Part shown: one piece after another, positions 26,908 to 35,058 of the stretch
Layout of the letters: the number at the start of each line of letters is the position of its first letter
Numbering within the stretch: the stretch's first letter is position 1
DNA from: an uncultured Clostridia bacterium
Lineage (GTDB): Bacteria; Bacillota; Clostridia; TANB77; CAG-508
Assembly (NCBI GenBank): GCA_944388895.1
Contig: CALXKR010000002.1
Span: 1 to 35,058 of the forward strand
Reading direction: 5' to 3'
DNA length: 35,058 nucleotides
Translations under genes and position numbers: made by a program
The notes under the pieces: model-generated
Seen by the model: the letters and a program-made list of their open reading frames with translations, nothing else
What the model was told of the DNA's origin: nothing
Databases searched by the model: none

Positions 26908-27947
26908 TATAAACCTCTTTTTCCTGTGTTAAGTAAAACACCTTTTAAACTATCTATATTTTCTAAAACTTTACCTGCACCTATTGCAACACATTCCAAT
27001 GGTGTATCAGCAACATAAGTTTGAACTCCTGTTTTTTTAGCGATTAAATTATCTAAATTTCTAATTTGTGCTCCTCCACCAGCTAAATAAATTCCATTTA
27101 CAATAATATCTGCTGCAAGTTCTGGTGGTGTAACTGCAAGAGTATTCATTATTGCTTCTATTATTTCGCTTATTGGTTTTTTCATTGCCTCTTCAATATC
27201 TTTAGAAGAAACTATAATATTTTTAGGCAATCCAGTTTCTAAATCTCTGCCTCTTATTTCTTTTGTTATTTCAGATACTAAAGGCATAGCACAACCTAAC
27301 TCTATTTTTAAATTTTCAGCTGCCGATAGTCCTATTGCAATACCTTTATTTTGTTTTAAATATTCTACTATGTTTTGATCAATTGCATTTCCTGCAACTC
27401 TTACAGAATTGCTTGCTACAATTCCTCCTAAAGAAATAACCGCTACTTCAGTTGTTCCTCCTCCTATATCAACTATCATATTTCCAACAGGTTCTTTAAC
27501 ATTTAGCCCTGCACCAATTGCAGCTGCCATAGGTTCTTGAATTAAATATACTTCTCTAGCATTTGCTTGTAAAAAAGCTTCCTCAATTGCTCTTTTTTCA
27601 ACTTCAGTTATTCCTGATGGAACACCTACAACCACTCTTGGCTTTCCAGCATTATATTTTTGGCATACCTTTCTTAACATATTTTTAAGCATAAGTCCAG
27701 TAGCTGTAAAGTCTGCAATAACTCCATCTTTCATTGGTCTTACGGCTTTAATATTTTCTGGTGTTCTACCAAGCATTTCTCTTGCTTCTTTTCCAGTTGC
27801 AACTATTTCTCCAGTAATTTTATCTAAAGCAACTACAGAAGGCTCCCTAAGAACAATTCCTTTTCCTTTTATTGCAATCAAAATATTGGCTGTTCCTAAA
27901 TCCATCCCTATATCTTTTGAATTAAAATTTAATAAATTTAATTTCAT
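26907..27947 (-). CDS. mreB: Rod shape-determining actin homologue MreB
   Basis: 346 aa. DIGMDLGTANILIA, MIVDIGGGTTEVAVISLGG and IYLAGGGAQIRNLD are actin-fold phosphate and adenosine motifs. ATGA overlap with the radC stop. Confidence 0.95.
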   Translation of the reverse strand: MKLNLLNFNSKDIGMDLGTANILIAIKGKGIVLREPSVVALDKITGEIVATGKEAREMLGRTPENIKAVRPMKDGVIADFTATGLMLKNMLRKVCQKYNAGKPRVVVGVPSGITEVEKRAIEEAFLQANAREVYLIQEPMAAAIGAGLNVKEPVGNMIVDIGGGTTEVAVISLGGIVASNSVRVAGNAIDQNIVEYLKQNKGIAIGLSAAENLKIELGCAMPLVSEITKEIRGRDLETGLPKNIIVSSKDIEEAMKKPISEIIEAIMNTLAVTPPELAADIIVNGIYLAGGGAQIRNLDNLIAKKTGVQTYVADTPLECVAIGAGKVLENIDSLKGVLLNTGKRGL

Positions 27948-28630
27948 TTTTCATTTTCCTCTCTAAAAAATATACTTTGATAATTACCATATCCAATTAC
28001 TATATGGTCTAAGAATGAAATCCCTAGTAATTTTGCACATACTTTCATTCTATCTGTAAACTCTTTATCTTTTTGACTAGGTGTTGAGTCTCCACTTGGA
28101 TGATTATGTATGAGAATAAATTTTGGTACTTGTTCTCTTACTATGGGACCTATAATTTGGGCAGGAGTTACTGCTATTTCTGCATTTGTTCCTACTTTTA
28201 TATCTTCAATTCTTACTATCTGATTTTTAGAATTTAGCATAACAACTTTTAATATTTCTTGTTTTTCATATTTTAATTCATTTATGAACAGCTTAGCTAT
28301 GTCTGAAGATGTTTTTATTTTTCTGTTAATTTTCTGAATAGGTTTATTCATTCTATTAGCTAATTCGCATAGTGCTTTTATTTGTAGTGCTTTTACTATT
28401 CCTATACCCTTAATATGTTTCAAAGAATCTATTGAAACATATTGTAAATCTTCTAAATTTTCCGTTAATAATAAAATTCTACTTGCTAATTCTAATGCTG
28501 TAGCTTCTTTTGTTCCAGTTTTAATAATTATTGCCAATAATTCAGAGTTTGATAACATTTTTGCTCCATACATTTTTAGTTTTTCATAAGGTCTTTCTGA
28601 TTCTGGCAATTCATTCATTTTAAGTGGCAT
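27944..28630 (-). CDS. radC: RadC-like JAB domain protein
   Basis: 228 aa. N-terminal helix-hairpin-helix region (LSNSELLAIIIKTG, IKGIGIVKALQIKA) and the JAMM-like motif LIHNHPSGDSTPSQKD. Confidence 0.9.
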   Translation of the reverse strand: MPLKMNELPESERPYEKLKMYGAKMLSNSELLAIIIKTGTKEATALELASRILLLTENLEDLQYVSIDSLKHIKGIGIVKALQIKALCELANRMNKPIQKINRKIKTSSDIAKLFINELKYEKQEILKVVMLNSKNQIVRIEDIKVGTNAEIAVTPAQIIGPIVREQVPKFILIHNHPSGDSTPSQKDKEFTDRMKVCAKLLGISFLDHIVIGYGNYQSIFFREENEK

Positions 28631-28654
28631 ACATTTCCTTTCTGCCCCCCTAAA

Positions 28655-28912
28655 CTAAAACTTTCTATATATGAATATAGATAAAATTATTCCTACAATA
28701 CTTGATATATTAATATTAAACATTATTCCAAAGGTTAGTTTTACAACTCCTAAATCTAAAGTTACTGGAGTTGGTATTCCAAATGTTTGACCATATGAAA
28801 GCCAATTAAGCCAGCTAACACCCTGTGCTAATTGTCCAATTAGACCACCTATAACTAATCCACATAAAATAAATATAATTAATACTAATGTTCCCTTTTC
28901 TTTTGTTGCCAT
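28655..28912 (-). CDS. Small membrane protein, DUF4321-like
   Basis: The track ORF starts at TTG 28924. ATG 28912 (MATKEKG...) follows GGAGGG. 85 aa with two TM helices. The central block LDLGVVKLTFGIMFNINISSIVGIILSIFIYRKF matches my recollection of the DUF4321 family found near maf/radC/mreB in Firmicutes. Confidence 0.6.
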   Translation of the reverse strand: MATKEKGTLVLIIFILCGLVIGGLIGQLAQGVSWLNWLSYGQTFGIPTPVTLDLGVVKLTFGIMFNINISSIVGIILSIFIYRKF

Positions 28913-28958
28913 ATTTCCCTCCAACTTTTCTTACGGATATTTATTTTTTAACATTTGT

Positions 28959-28987
28959 ATTATATATTTTTTTACTTATATTTTCAA
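28959..28987 (-). promoter_or_regulatory. Candidate sigma-A promoter of the DUF4321-radC-mreBCD-pbp2-minC operon
   Basis: Minus-strand TTGAAA (28987-28982), 17 nt spacer, TATAAT (28964-28959). Confidence 0.5.
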
Positions 28988-29090
28988 GGTATTTTTTGTA
29001 AATTTTCTATGCTTTTTTATATTTTTAACAAAAATATCTTTTATTTTATAACAATTTATGGTATATTTAAATATACACATGGAGGATTTT

Positions 29091-29705
29091 ATGAAATTTG
29101 AAAAACTAAGTGAATATAAATTAAAAATAACAATGTCTAACAAAGAACTTGAAAATAGTAATGGTGATTTAGACAGCTTTATGGCTGACCCTTCTGTTGC
29201 AAGGAAATCTTTTTTAGATATTTTAAACAAAGCTAAAGAAGAAGTTGGATTTAATGTTGGAAATAACAAAATAAGAATTGACGCTAAGTGTCAATATAAT
29301 GGAGACTTTATTTTTACTGTGACTAAATTAATTCCAAAGAAAAAAAATATTAAAAAAGTAAAACCACAAAAAATAAATTCTAATACAAAAGAAAATTGCT
29401 TAATTTATTCATTTAATGATATTGAACATTTTTTTACATTTTGTAATTTTTTGAAAAAGCAAAGAATAAATAAAATACAACTTTTTAGTAAGGTTGTTGA
29501 ATTATATAAATTACAAAATAAATATTATTTAGTATGTAATAAAATAAATAATGCTTATGAGCATATTGCTAAAATTTATTCATGTATAACCGAATTTGGA
29601 AATTTTTATTCTACTCAAGAAATTATGGCTGTTATGCTTAAAGAAAGAGGAATTCTTGTAATAAAGAATAATGCTATTCAAATTGCACAAAGAAATTTTA
29701 AATAA
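29091..29705 (+). CDS. mecA: Adaptor protein MecA (ClpC adaptor)
   Basis: The track ORF starts at 29058. ATG 29091 follows GGAGG by 5 nt. The N-terminus MKFEKLSEYKLKITMSNKELENSNGDLDSF...FLDILNKAKEEVGF...IRIDAKCQYNGDFIFTVTK parallels the MecA N-terminal domain (MxIERIxxxxxKxxxSxxDLExRG...). Length 204 aa. Confidence 0.65.
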   Translation: MKFEKLSEYKLKITMSNKELENSNGDLDSFMADPSVARKSFLDILNKAKEEVGFNVGNNKIRIDAKCQYNGDFIFTVTKLIPKKKNIKKVKPQKINSNTKENCLIYSFNDIEHFFTFCNFLKKQRINKIQLFSKVVELYKLQNKYYLVCNKINNAYEHIAKIYSCITEFGNFYSTQEIMAVMLKERGILVIKNNAIQIAQRNFK

Positions 29706-29737
29706 AAGAGGGATTTTAATTTCCCTCTTATTTTTTT
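29706..29737. terminator. Bidirectional terminator between convergent mecA and pcrA
   Basis: AAGAGGGA-TTTTAATT-TCCCTCTT followed by ATTTTTTT. The T tract overlaps the pcrA stop codon. Confidence 0.55.
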
Positions 29738-32030
29738 ATTCAATTATTTCTAAACCAGCAAATTTTGCCATTAACCTTTTATGTCCAAATTTATTAAATT
29801 CTATATCAACTTTAATATCATCTGCTTCTTGCTCTAATTTAGTGATAATTCCTTCCCCAAACTTTTTATGGAATACTTTTTGTCCAACTTTATACTTAGA
29901 TAAGTCAACGGTTCCTGAATTTTTCTTCTTGTTCAAATTATTTAAGAAGCTTTCTGCAGTTCTAAAACTAAATTCACTTTGCTTATTAGTCATTTTTGAT
30001 AATTCATTTTCATTTACTTTATAGCTTACAACATTTGAAGCAGGTTCTTTTTTATAATTCCATGAATATTTTGAATCCTCGAAATCATCTTCTTTTTCTC
30101 TTACTGCAAAGGCTTCTTCATAACCATCTAATAATTCTTTTGGAATTTCTTTAATAAATCTTGAAGGTGGATTATAGCTTGTAGAACCAAATATAGTTCT
30201 TTTATTAGCAAGAGTTAAATACAAATTATGCTCTGCCCTTGTAATACCAACATAAAATAATCTTCTTTCTTCTTCTATGTCTTCTGGATTATCCATTGAT
30301 TTATGGCCAGGGAAAATACCATCTTCCATTCCAACTAAAAATACTACTGGATATTCTAGCCCTTTTGCACTATGAAGTGTCATTAAAGTTACCATGTTAT
30401 TTGTATCTTCTATATTATCTGTGTCACTTGATAATGATATACTCTCTAAAAACTCTGTAAGAGAATTTTCTGCTGCTTCTTTTTCAAATTCCATTGCAAC
30501 AGTCAAAAATTCTTCTAAGTTCTCTATTCTACTTTCAGCCTCAACTGTATTTTCATCCTTTAAAGCTTTAGTATATCCTGTTTTATTAAGCGTTTGTTTA
30601 ATAAGTTCTGAAATTGGAACATCTAATGTTCTTAATTCTTCTATTACAGTAATAAATTCTCTAGTATTATTGTATATTCTAGGTATATACTTGTCTGCTT
30701 CTTTAATAATTTGGTACATAGAAATTCCATTTTCAGCTGCCATTTTTTCTATGTTTTCAATACTTGTTTTTCCTACTCCTCTTTTAGGCTCATTAATAAT
30801 TCTTTCTAAAGAAAGATTATCTGAAGGATTTGCAATTAATCTTAAATATGCAATAATATCCTTTATTTCTTTTCTTTCATAGAATTTTAAACCGCCTACA
30901 ATTTTGTATGGAATATCTTCTCTTCTTAGTACATCTTCTATTGCTCTTGATTGAGAGTTCATTCTATATAACACTACAAAGTCTGAATATTTATAATATT
31001 CTTCTCTTTTTAGTTTATTTATTTCTTGAACAATAAAACTTGCTTCTTCATATTCATCTTCTCCGCAAAATACAAAAGGCAAAGCTCCTTCTTCATTTTC
31101 TGTCCAAAGTTTTTTATCATATTTATTTTCATTATGTTTAATAACTTCATTTGCTGCTTTTAAAATGTTGCCTGTGCATCTATAATTTTGCTCTAATTTT
31201 ACAATTTTAGAACCTGGAAAATCTTTTTCAAAATTTAAAATATTTGTAATATCTGCTCCTCTAAAACGATAAATAGATTGGTCATTATCTCCTACGACTG
31301 TGATGTTTCCATATCTTGATGCAAGAAGTGATACAAGCATAAATTGTGATTTATTAGTATCTTGATACTCATCTACTAAAACATATTTAAATTTTTCTGT
31401 ATAATATTCTAAAATATCTGGATTTTCTGTTAATATATTAATTGTAAAGTTTATAATATCATCAAAATCTATAGCATTATTTTCTCTAAGCTTTTTTTGA
31501 TATAAATAATATACTTTAGATGTTATTTCCCTTCTATAATCTCCATTAGCAATTTCTTCATATTTTTCAGGAGTTAACATGTCATTTTTTGCATTACTTA
31601 TTTCTGCTAAAATTGATTTTTCAGTAAATAATTTTGGGTCAATATTTAATTCTTTCATGCAATTTTTAATAAGAGTTTTTTGATCTGATGAATCAAATAT
31701 TGCAAAAGAATGATCAAAACCAATTCTATCTATAAACTTTCTAAGTATTCTTACACAAATAGAATGAAATGTACCAAGCCAAATATCATTAATTGCATCA
31801 CCAACTAGAGCCTGAACTCTTTCTTTCATTTCGTTTGCTGCCTTATTAGTAAATGTAATAGCTAATATATTCCAAGGCTTTACATTTTTTTCTTTCATTA
31901 AATAACTAATTTTATATGTTAAAACCTTTGTTTTTCCAGAACCTGCACCTGCTATAACTAAACATGGTCCTTCTGTTTGCATTACAGCTTCTTTTTGTTT
32001 TGGATTTAATTCTTCTAATAAATTTTGCAT
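29736..32030 (-). CDS. pcrA: ATP-dependent DNA helicase PcrA (UvrD/Rep superfamily 1)
   Basis: 764 aa. Walker A AGAGSGKT, DEYQDTN, VGDNDQSIYRFRGA, TLHSAKGLEYPVVF and VGITRAE helicase motifs. C-terminal Tudor-like tail KVGQKVFHKKFGEGIITK. Confidence 0.9.
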   Translation of the reverse strand: MQNLLEELNPKQKEAVMQTEGPCLVIAGAGSGKTKVLTYKISYLMKEKNVKPWNILAITFTNKAANEMKERVQALVGDAINDIWLGTFHSICVRILRKFIDRIGFDHSFAIFDSSDQKTLIKNCMKELNIDPKLFTEKSILAEISNAKNDMLTPEKYEEIANGDYRREITSKVYYLYQKKLRENNAIDFDDIINFTINILTENPDILEYYTEKFKYVLVDEYQDTNKSQFMLVSLLASRYGNITVVGDNDQSIYRFRGADITNILNFEKDFPGSKIVKLEQNYRCTGNILKAANEVIKHNENKYDKKLWTENEEGALPFVFCGEDEYEEASFIVQEINKLKREEYYKYSDFVVLYRMNSQSRAIEDVLRREDIPYKIVGGLKFYERKEIKDIIAYLRLIANPSDNLSLERIINEPKRGVGKTSIENIEKMAAENGISMYQIIKEADKYIPRIYNNTREFITVIEELRTLDVPISELIKQTLNKTGYTKALKDENTVEAESRIENLEEFLTVAMEFEKEAAENSLTEFLESISLSSDTDNIEDTNNMVTLMTLHSAKGLEYPVVFLVGMEDGIFPGHKSMDNPEDIEEERRLFYVGITRAEHNLYLTLANKRTIFGSTSYNPPSRFIKEIPKELLDGYEEAFAVREKEDDFEDSKYSWNYKKEPASNVVSYKVNENELSKMTNKQSEFSFRTAESFLNNLNKKKNSGTVDLSKYKVGQKVFHKKFGEGIITKLEQEADDIKVDIEFNKFGHKRLMAKFAGLEIIE

Positions 32031-32048
32031 TATGTTGTCCTTTCTTCT

Positions 32049-32062
32049 AAAACTTTTGTTCG
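32049..32062 (-). promoter_or_regulatory. Candidate LexA (Cheo/SOS) box in the pcrA leader
   Basis: Minus-strand CGAACAAAAGTTTT matches 12 of 14 positions of the Firmicute consensus CGAACRNRYGTTYC. It also fits the GAAC-N4-GTTT form described for clostridia. It lies 7 nt downstream of the -10 hexamer. Confidence 0.35.
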
Positions 32063-32069
32063 TGAAGAA

Positions 32070-32098
32070 ATTGTACTATATTTTACATACATAGTCAA
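32070..32098 (-). promoter_or_regulatory. Candidate sigma-A promoter of pcrA
   Basis: Minus-strand TTGACT (32098-32093), 17 nt spacer, TACAAT (32075-32070). Confidence 0.45.
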
Positions 32099-32132
32099 TG
32101 ATTTTTTATTTAAATTTTATTTTTAGTTTTCT

Positions 32133-32867
32133 CTAATTTATAATCATTGCCAAAAGACCTATTATAAATCCAAACATATTTCCTATAGCAGTCATTTTTC
32201 CTTGATATAATTTATTAGATTCTGGAATAAGTTCTCCTGAAACAATATAAAGCATTGCTCCAGCAGCAAAGGCTAAACATATAGCAATAACTTGTTCTGA
32301 AATATTTCCAATAATTGCTCCTATTAAAGCCCCTATTCCTGTTGCAATTCCAGAAAGAATAACATATATCATTACCTTCCAAGGTTTCATACCTCCATTT
32401 TTCATTGGAATTGCCATAGAAATTCCTTCTGGTATATCATGGAGGCAAATTGCAATAGCAAGTGAAAATCCTAGCGTAGTTGAAGCATCAAATCCAGAGC
32501 CAATTGCTAACCCTTCTGGAATATTATGTAATGCTAAACCTATACTAACTACAATTCCAGTTTTTAATAAACCAGCATTCCTATTACTTACAGATTTTGT
32601 ATTAAACTTTTTTTGAACTATATTATCACAAAAAATCATTATAATAATTCCTAAAACAATTCCCAATATAGTTGTATAGATTGAAGATATTTCCATAGAA
32701 TGTGGTATTAAATCAAAACAAATAACTGCAAGCATTAACCCAGAAGCAAAGGCTAGAACAAAGCTTAAAAATTTATTTGAATTTCTTTTTGAAAAAATTC
32801 CTATTAGACCACCTAATGTAGTTCCTATTGTTCCAAAAAACAATCCAAGTAAAGATATTTCAACCAT
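32133..32867 (-). CDS. ZIP family metal (zinc) transporter, ZupT-like
   Basis: 244 aa with about eight TM helices. Paired motifs LALHNIPEGLAIG and AICLHDIPEGISMA are typical of ZIP/ZupT. Confidence 0.85.
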   Translation of the reverse strand: MVEISLLGLFFGTIGTTLGGLIGIFSKRNSNKFLSFVLAFASGLMLAVICFDLIPHSMEISSIYTTILGIVLGIIIMIFCDNIVQKKFNTKSVSNRNAGLLKTGIVVSIGLALHNIPEGLAIGSGFDASTTLGFSLAIAICLHDIPEGISMAIPMKNGGMKPWKVMIYVILSGIATGIGALIGAIIGNISEQVIAICLAFAAGAMLYIVSGELIPESNKLYQGKMTAIGNMFGFIIGLLAMIIN

Positions 32868-32873
32868 AAAAAA

Positions 32874-32911
32874 ACTCCTTTTTAGTATTTTATTACTAAA
32901 AAAGGAGTTTT
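32874..32911 (-). terminator. Hairpin after prfA that contains the ZIP gene Shine-Dalgarno
   Basis: Minus-strand AAAACTCCTTTTTTAGTA-ATAAAA-TACTAAAAAGGAGTTTTTTT-ATG. A 14-bp stem with one bulge. The 3' arm carries AAGGAG, and the U tract is the SD-ATG spacer of the ZIP gene. Confidence 0.55.
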
Positions 32912-32918
32912 ATTCTTA

Positions 32919-33977
32919 TTAATCATTTCCTTTTAATTTTTCTGCAGTATCTGCTGCTGCTAAGTTATCTATCATTTCATCTAAGTCTCCATTTAAGAAA
33001 TTATCCATTTGATAAATGCTCATACCTATTCTATGGTCTGTTATTCTTCCTTGAGGATAATTATATGTTCTTATTTTTTCACTTCTATCTGCATTTCCTA
33101 TTTGGCTTCTTCTTTCATTTTCAAGCTTACTATCTCTTTCTCTTTTTTCTTGTTCATATAATCTTGAACGAAGCATTTTCATTGCATATTCTCTGTTTTG
33201 TACTTGTGATCTTTCTGTTTGACATTCTGCAACCATTCCTGTAGGTATATGAATAAGTCTTACTGCTGATGAAGTTTTGTTAACATGTTGTCCACCGGCT
33301 CCTGAAGCTCTAAACACTTCCATTTTAATATCTGCTGGGTTAATTTCTATTTCTACATCTTCTACTTCTGGTAAAACTGCAACTGATGCAGTTGATGTAT
33401 GAATTCTTCCACTAGCTTCTGTTTCTGGAACTCTTTGAACTCTATGAACACCACTTTCAAATTTAAGTCTACTATATGCTCCATTTCCTTTTATCATAAA
33501 AGAAATTTCTTTATATCCACCAAGACCGGTTTCATTTTCATTTAAAATATCTAATTTCCAATGCTTTCTATCTGCATACATTGAATACATTCTAAACAAT
33601 GTTCCTGCAAAAAGTGCAGCTTCTTCTCCACCAGCACCTGCTCTTATTTCACAAATAACGTTCTTGTCATCATCTGGATCTTTTGGAATTAATAGAACTT
33701 TTAATTCTTCTTCTAATATTGGTAACTGCTCTTTTGCCTTAAGCATTTCTTCTTCTGCTAAGTCTTTTAAATCTTTGTCATTCATCATTTCCTTAGCTTC
33801 TTCTAAATTATTTTGTACTTGTTTATATTCTCTATATTTCATTACAATTGGTTCTAAGTCCGAATGTTCTTTCATATATTTACGCCATTCATTTTGATTA
33901 GCAATAACTTCTGGGTCACTGATTTTAACAGTCAACTCTTCGTATTTTTTCTCTACCTCATCTAAATTTTCAAACAT
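32919..33977 (-). CDS. prfA: Peptide chain release factor 1
   Basis: 352 aa. GGQ motif in [13 protein letters not shown]. PxT-type anticodon tripeptide ([14 protein letters not shown]) rather than the SPF of RF2. No frameshift site. Confidence 0.95.
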   Translation of the reverse strand: MFENLDEVEKKYEELTVKISDPEVIANQNEWRKYMKEHSDLEPIVMKYREYKQVQNNLEEAKEMMNDKDLKDLAEEEMLKAKEQLPILEEELKVLLIPKDPDDDKNVICEIRAGAGGEEAALFAGTLFRMYSMYADRKHWKLDILNENETGLGGYKEISFMIKGNGAYSRLKFESGVHRVQRVPETEASGRIHTSTASVAVLPEVEDVEIEINPADIKMEVFRASGAGGQHVNKTSSAVRLIHIPTGMVAECQTERSQVQNREYAMKMLRSRLYEQEKRERDSKLENERRSQIGNADRSEKIRTYNYPQGRITDHRIGMSIYQMDNFLNGDLDEMIDNLAAADTAEKLKGND

Positions 33978-34197
33978 AAATAAACTCTCCTTTTCTTTGA
34001 CTTATTTATTATACTACAATTTTGTAGATGTTTCAAGGTATGTATAAGGATAAAATTTACAGTTTTAATTATTTTTTATATTTTTATAAATTAAGTTTCC
34101 GTAAGAATATATTTTTATAAACTTTAAATATTTATATTTACTAAAAAAATAAATAGTGATATAATAAATTTTACTCAAACATAAGAAGGAGATATTT

Positions 34198-35058
34198 ATG
34201 GATAGATATTCAAAAACAAAATTAGCAGGAATTTTAGGAATTATTGGAAATATATTTTTACTAATAATTAAAGCAATTATTGGATTTATAACTAGTAGCC
34301 AGGCTATGATAGCAGATGCTGCAAATAGTGCAGGAGATATTTTTGCATCACTTATGACTTTTATAGGAAATAAAATTGCAAGTGAACCTAAAGATGACAC
34401 TCACCATATGGGGCATGGAAAAGCTGAATATATTTTTTCTATGTTTATTAGTATTTCTATGATGGTAGTATCTTTAAAATTATTATTTGATTCTATTATG
34501 TCTTTAATAAATCAAGAAACTTTTGAATTTTCTTGGATGCTAGTTGTTGTATGTATTATAACCATAATTACTAAATTAGCTCTTTATTTATATACTGGTA
34601 AACTATCTAAAGGTTTAGATAATCTTCTTTTAGAAGCTAATAAAAAGGATCATCGAAATGACTGCATTGTAACAACATTTACATTAATATCTGTATTATT
34701 AAGCTTAGTAAATATCTTTTGGTTTGATAGCCTAGTTGGAATTGGTATTTCAATTTGGATTTTCTACACTGGACTAAAAATATTTATAGAAAGTTTTAAT
34801 GTTTTAATGGATAAATCTTTAGAACAAGAAAATATAGAAAAAATTTTAGAAATACTAAAAAAATATCCTGAAATAAAAAAATATAATCATTTAAATACAA
34901 CACCTGTTGGATATAAATATTTAATTTCTATAACTATTTTTGTAGATGGAAATATGTCCACTTTTGAAAGTCACAAAATTGCTGATAATTTAGAAGATGA
35001 ACTTGATAAATTAGATTTTGTTTATTTAGCTATTATTCATGTAAATCCTATTGAAATT
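34198..35058 (+). CDS. Cation diffusion facilitator (CDF) family metal efflux transporter, 287 codons; open to the window edge with no stop codon in the window
   Basis: Not in the ORF track because there is no stop in the window. ATG 34198 follows AAGGAG. My own translation: MDRYSKTKLAGILGIIGNIFLLIIKAIIGFITSSQAMIADAANSAGDIFASL...DDTHHMGHGKAEYIFS...DHRNDCIVT..., then a C-terminal cytoplasmic domain (YNHLNTTPVGYKYLISITIFVDGNMS). This is the typical CDF layout. Confidence 0.85.
   Translation, partial: MDRYSKTKLAGILGIIGNIFLLIIKAIIGFITSSQAMIADAANSAGDIFASLMTFIGNKIASEPKDDTHHMGHGKAEYIFSMFISISMMVVSLKLLFDSIMSLINQETFEFSWMLVVVCIITIITKLALYLYTGKLSKGLDNLLLEANKKDHRNDCIVTTFTLISVLLSLVNIFWFDSLVGIGISIWIFYTGLKIFIESFNVLMDKSLEQENIEKILEILKKYPEIKKYNHLNTTPVGYKYLISITIFVDGNMSTFESHKIADNLEDELDKLDFVYLAIIHVNPIEI

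Noticed and set aside
25134-26932. Plus-strand ORFs antisense to pbp2 (25134-25457) and mreC (26684-26932)
   Set aside because: Antisense artefacts within genes that carry clear catalytic or family motifs.
28645-28650. C6 (G6 on the coding strand) homopolymer in the 24-nt gap between the DUF4321-like gene and radC. It is conspicuous in such AT-rich DNA and could in principle be a slipped-strand tract.
   Set aside because: It lies upstream of the radC RBS and outside any reading frame. Length changes would alter neither frame nor SD-ATG spacing, and 6 nt is short for phase variation.
28976-29269. 97-aa minus-strand ORF overlapping the mecA start and the divergent promoter region
   Set aside because: It overlaps the better-supported mecA frame, has no RBS and has no recognisable features. 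It also spans the -35 of the mre-operon promoter.
29671-30882. Plus-strand ORFs 29671-30024 and 30394-30882 antisense to pcrA
   Set aside because: They lie antisense to the pcrA helicase frame (29671-30024 also overlaps the mecA 3' end and the mecA/pcrA terminator). S/L/F/I-rich, with no start signals.
33664-33897. 77-aa plus-strand ORF antisense to prfA
   Set aside because: Antisense artefact inside a highly conserved gene.
34065-34400. 111-aa minus-strand ORF from the track
   Set aside because: It overlaps the 5' end of the plus-strand CDF transporter gene, which has a strong RBS and family motifs. The minus frame is I/F/K-rich nonsense extending into the promoter region.
1-35058. Scanned for CRISPR repeats, IS elements or transposases, integrases, tRNA/rRNA genes, toxin-antitoxin pairs, and known defence-system signatures (nuclease, helicase or methylase clusters)
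   Set aside because: None found. The only helicase is housekeeping pcrA. All intergenic regions over 100 bp are explained by promoters or terminators, and they contain no RBS-preceded small ORF apart from the 53-codon gene already reported.

Overview
This is a visibly AT-rich chromosomal segment (roughly three quarters A+T by eye, not computed) from an endospore-forming Firmicute. It is most likely a clostridial lineage, given spoIIE, a SleB-type lytic enzyme, radC-mreBCD-PBP2-minC, mecA, pcrA and prfA. I call 26 protein-coding genes. Three are missing from the ORF track: a thioester-domain adhesin gene running off the left edge (1-1330, minus), a cation-diffusion-facilitator gene running off the right edge (34198-35058, plus), and a 53-codon gene coupled by an ATGA overlap (22591-22752, plus). 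Five track ORFs have N-terminal extensions that I trimmed to the start codon with a real Shine-Dalgarno. I saw no rRNA, tRNA, CRISPR array, transposase, integrase, or recognisable defence or toxin-antitoxin genes. Most of the window is housekeeping: DNA repair, cell shape and division, translation termination, metal transport, and acpS/tatD. The unusual content is surface-protein biology. (1) A two-gene, 10-kb operon (11612-21671) encodes 1604-aa and 1741-aa secreted, C-terminally anchored multidomain proteins. Their large N-terminal regions are unrecognisable to me. One has a canonical LPPTG sorting signal and the other has TLGTG at the same position. (2) A Cys-Gln thioester (TED) adhesin lies at the left edge. 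(3) A membrane-anchored WG-repeat protein and an unknown tail-anchored protein are fused into an operon with acpS-tatD, directly after spoIIE. (4) An Asn-rich low-complexity protein with a coupled hydrophobic microprotein is transcribed divergently from the giant operon. No sortase gene is present in the window. The mre-minC operon ends at minC with no minD or minE. All protein calls rest on motif recognition by eye, and no database search or computation was possible. I cannot claim a demonstrated new system. The giant-protein operon and its neighbours are the best candidate for follow-up.
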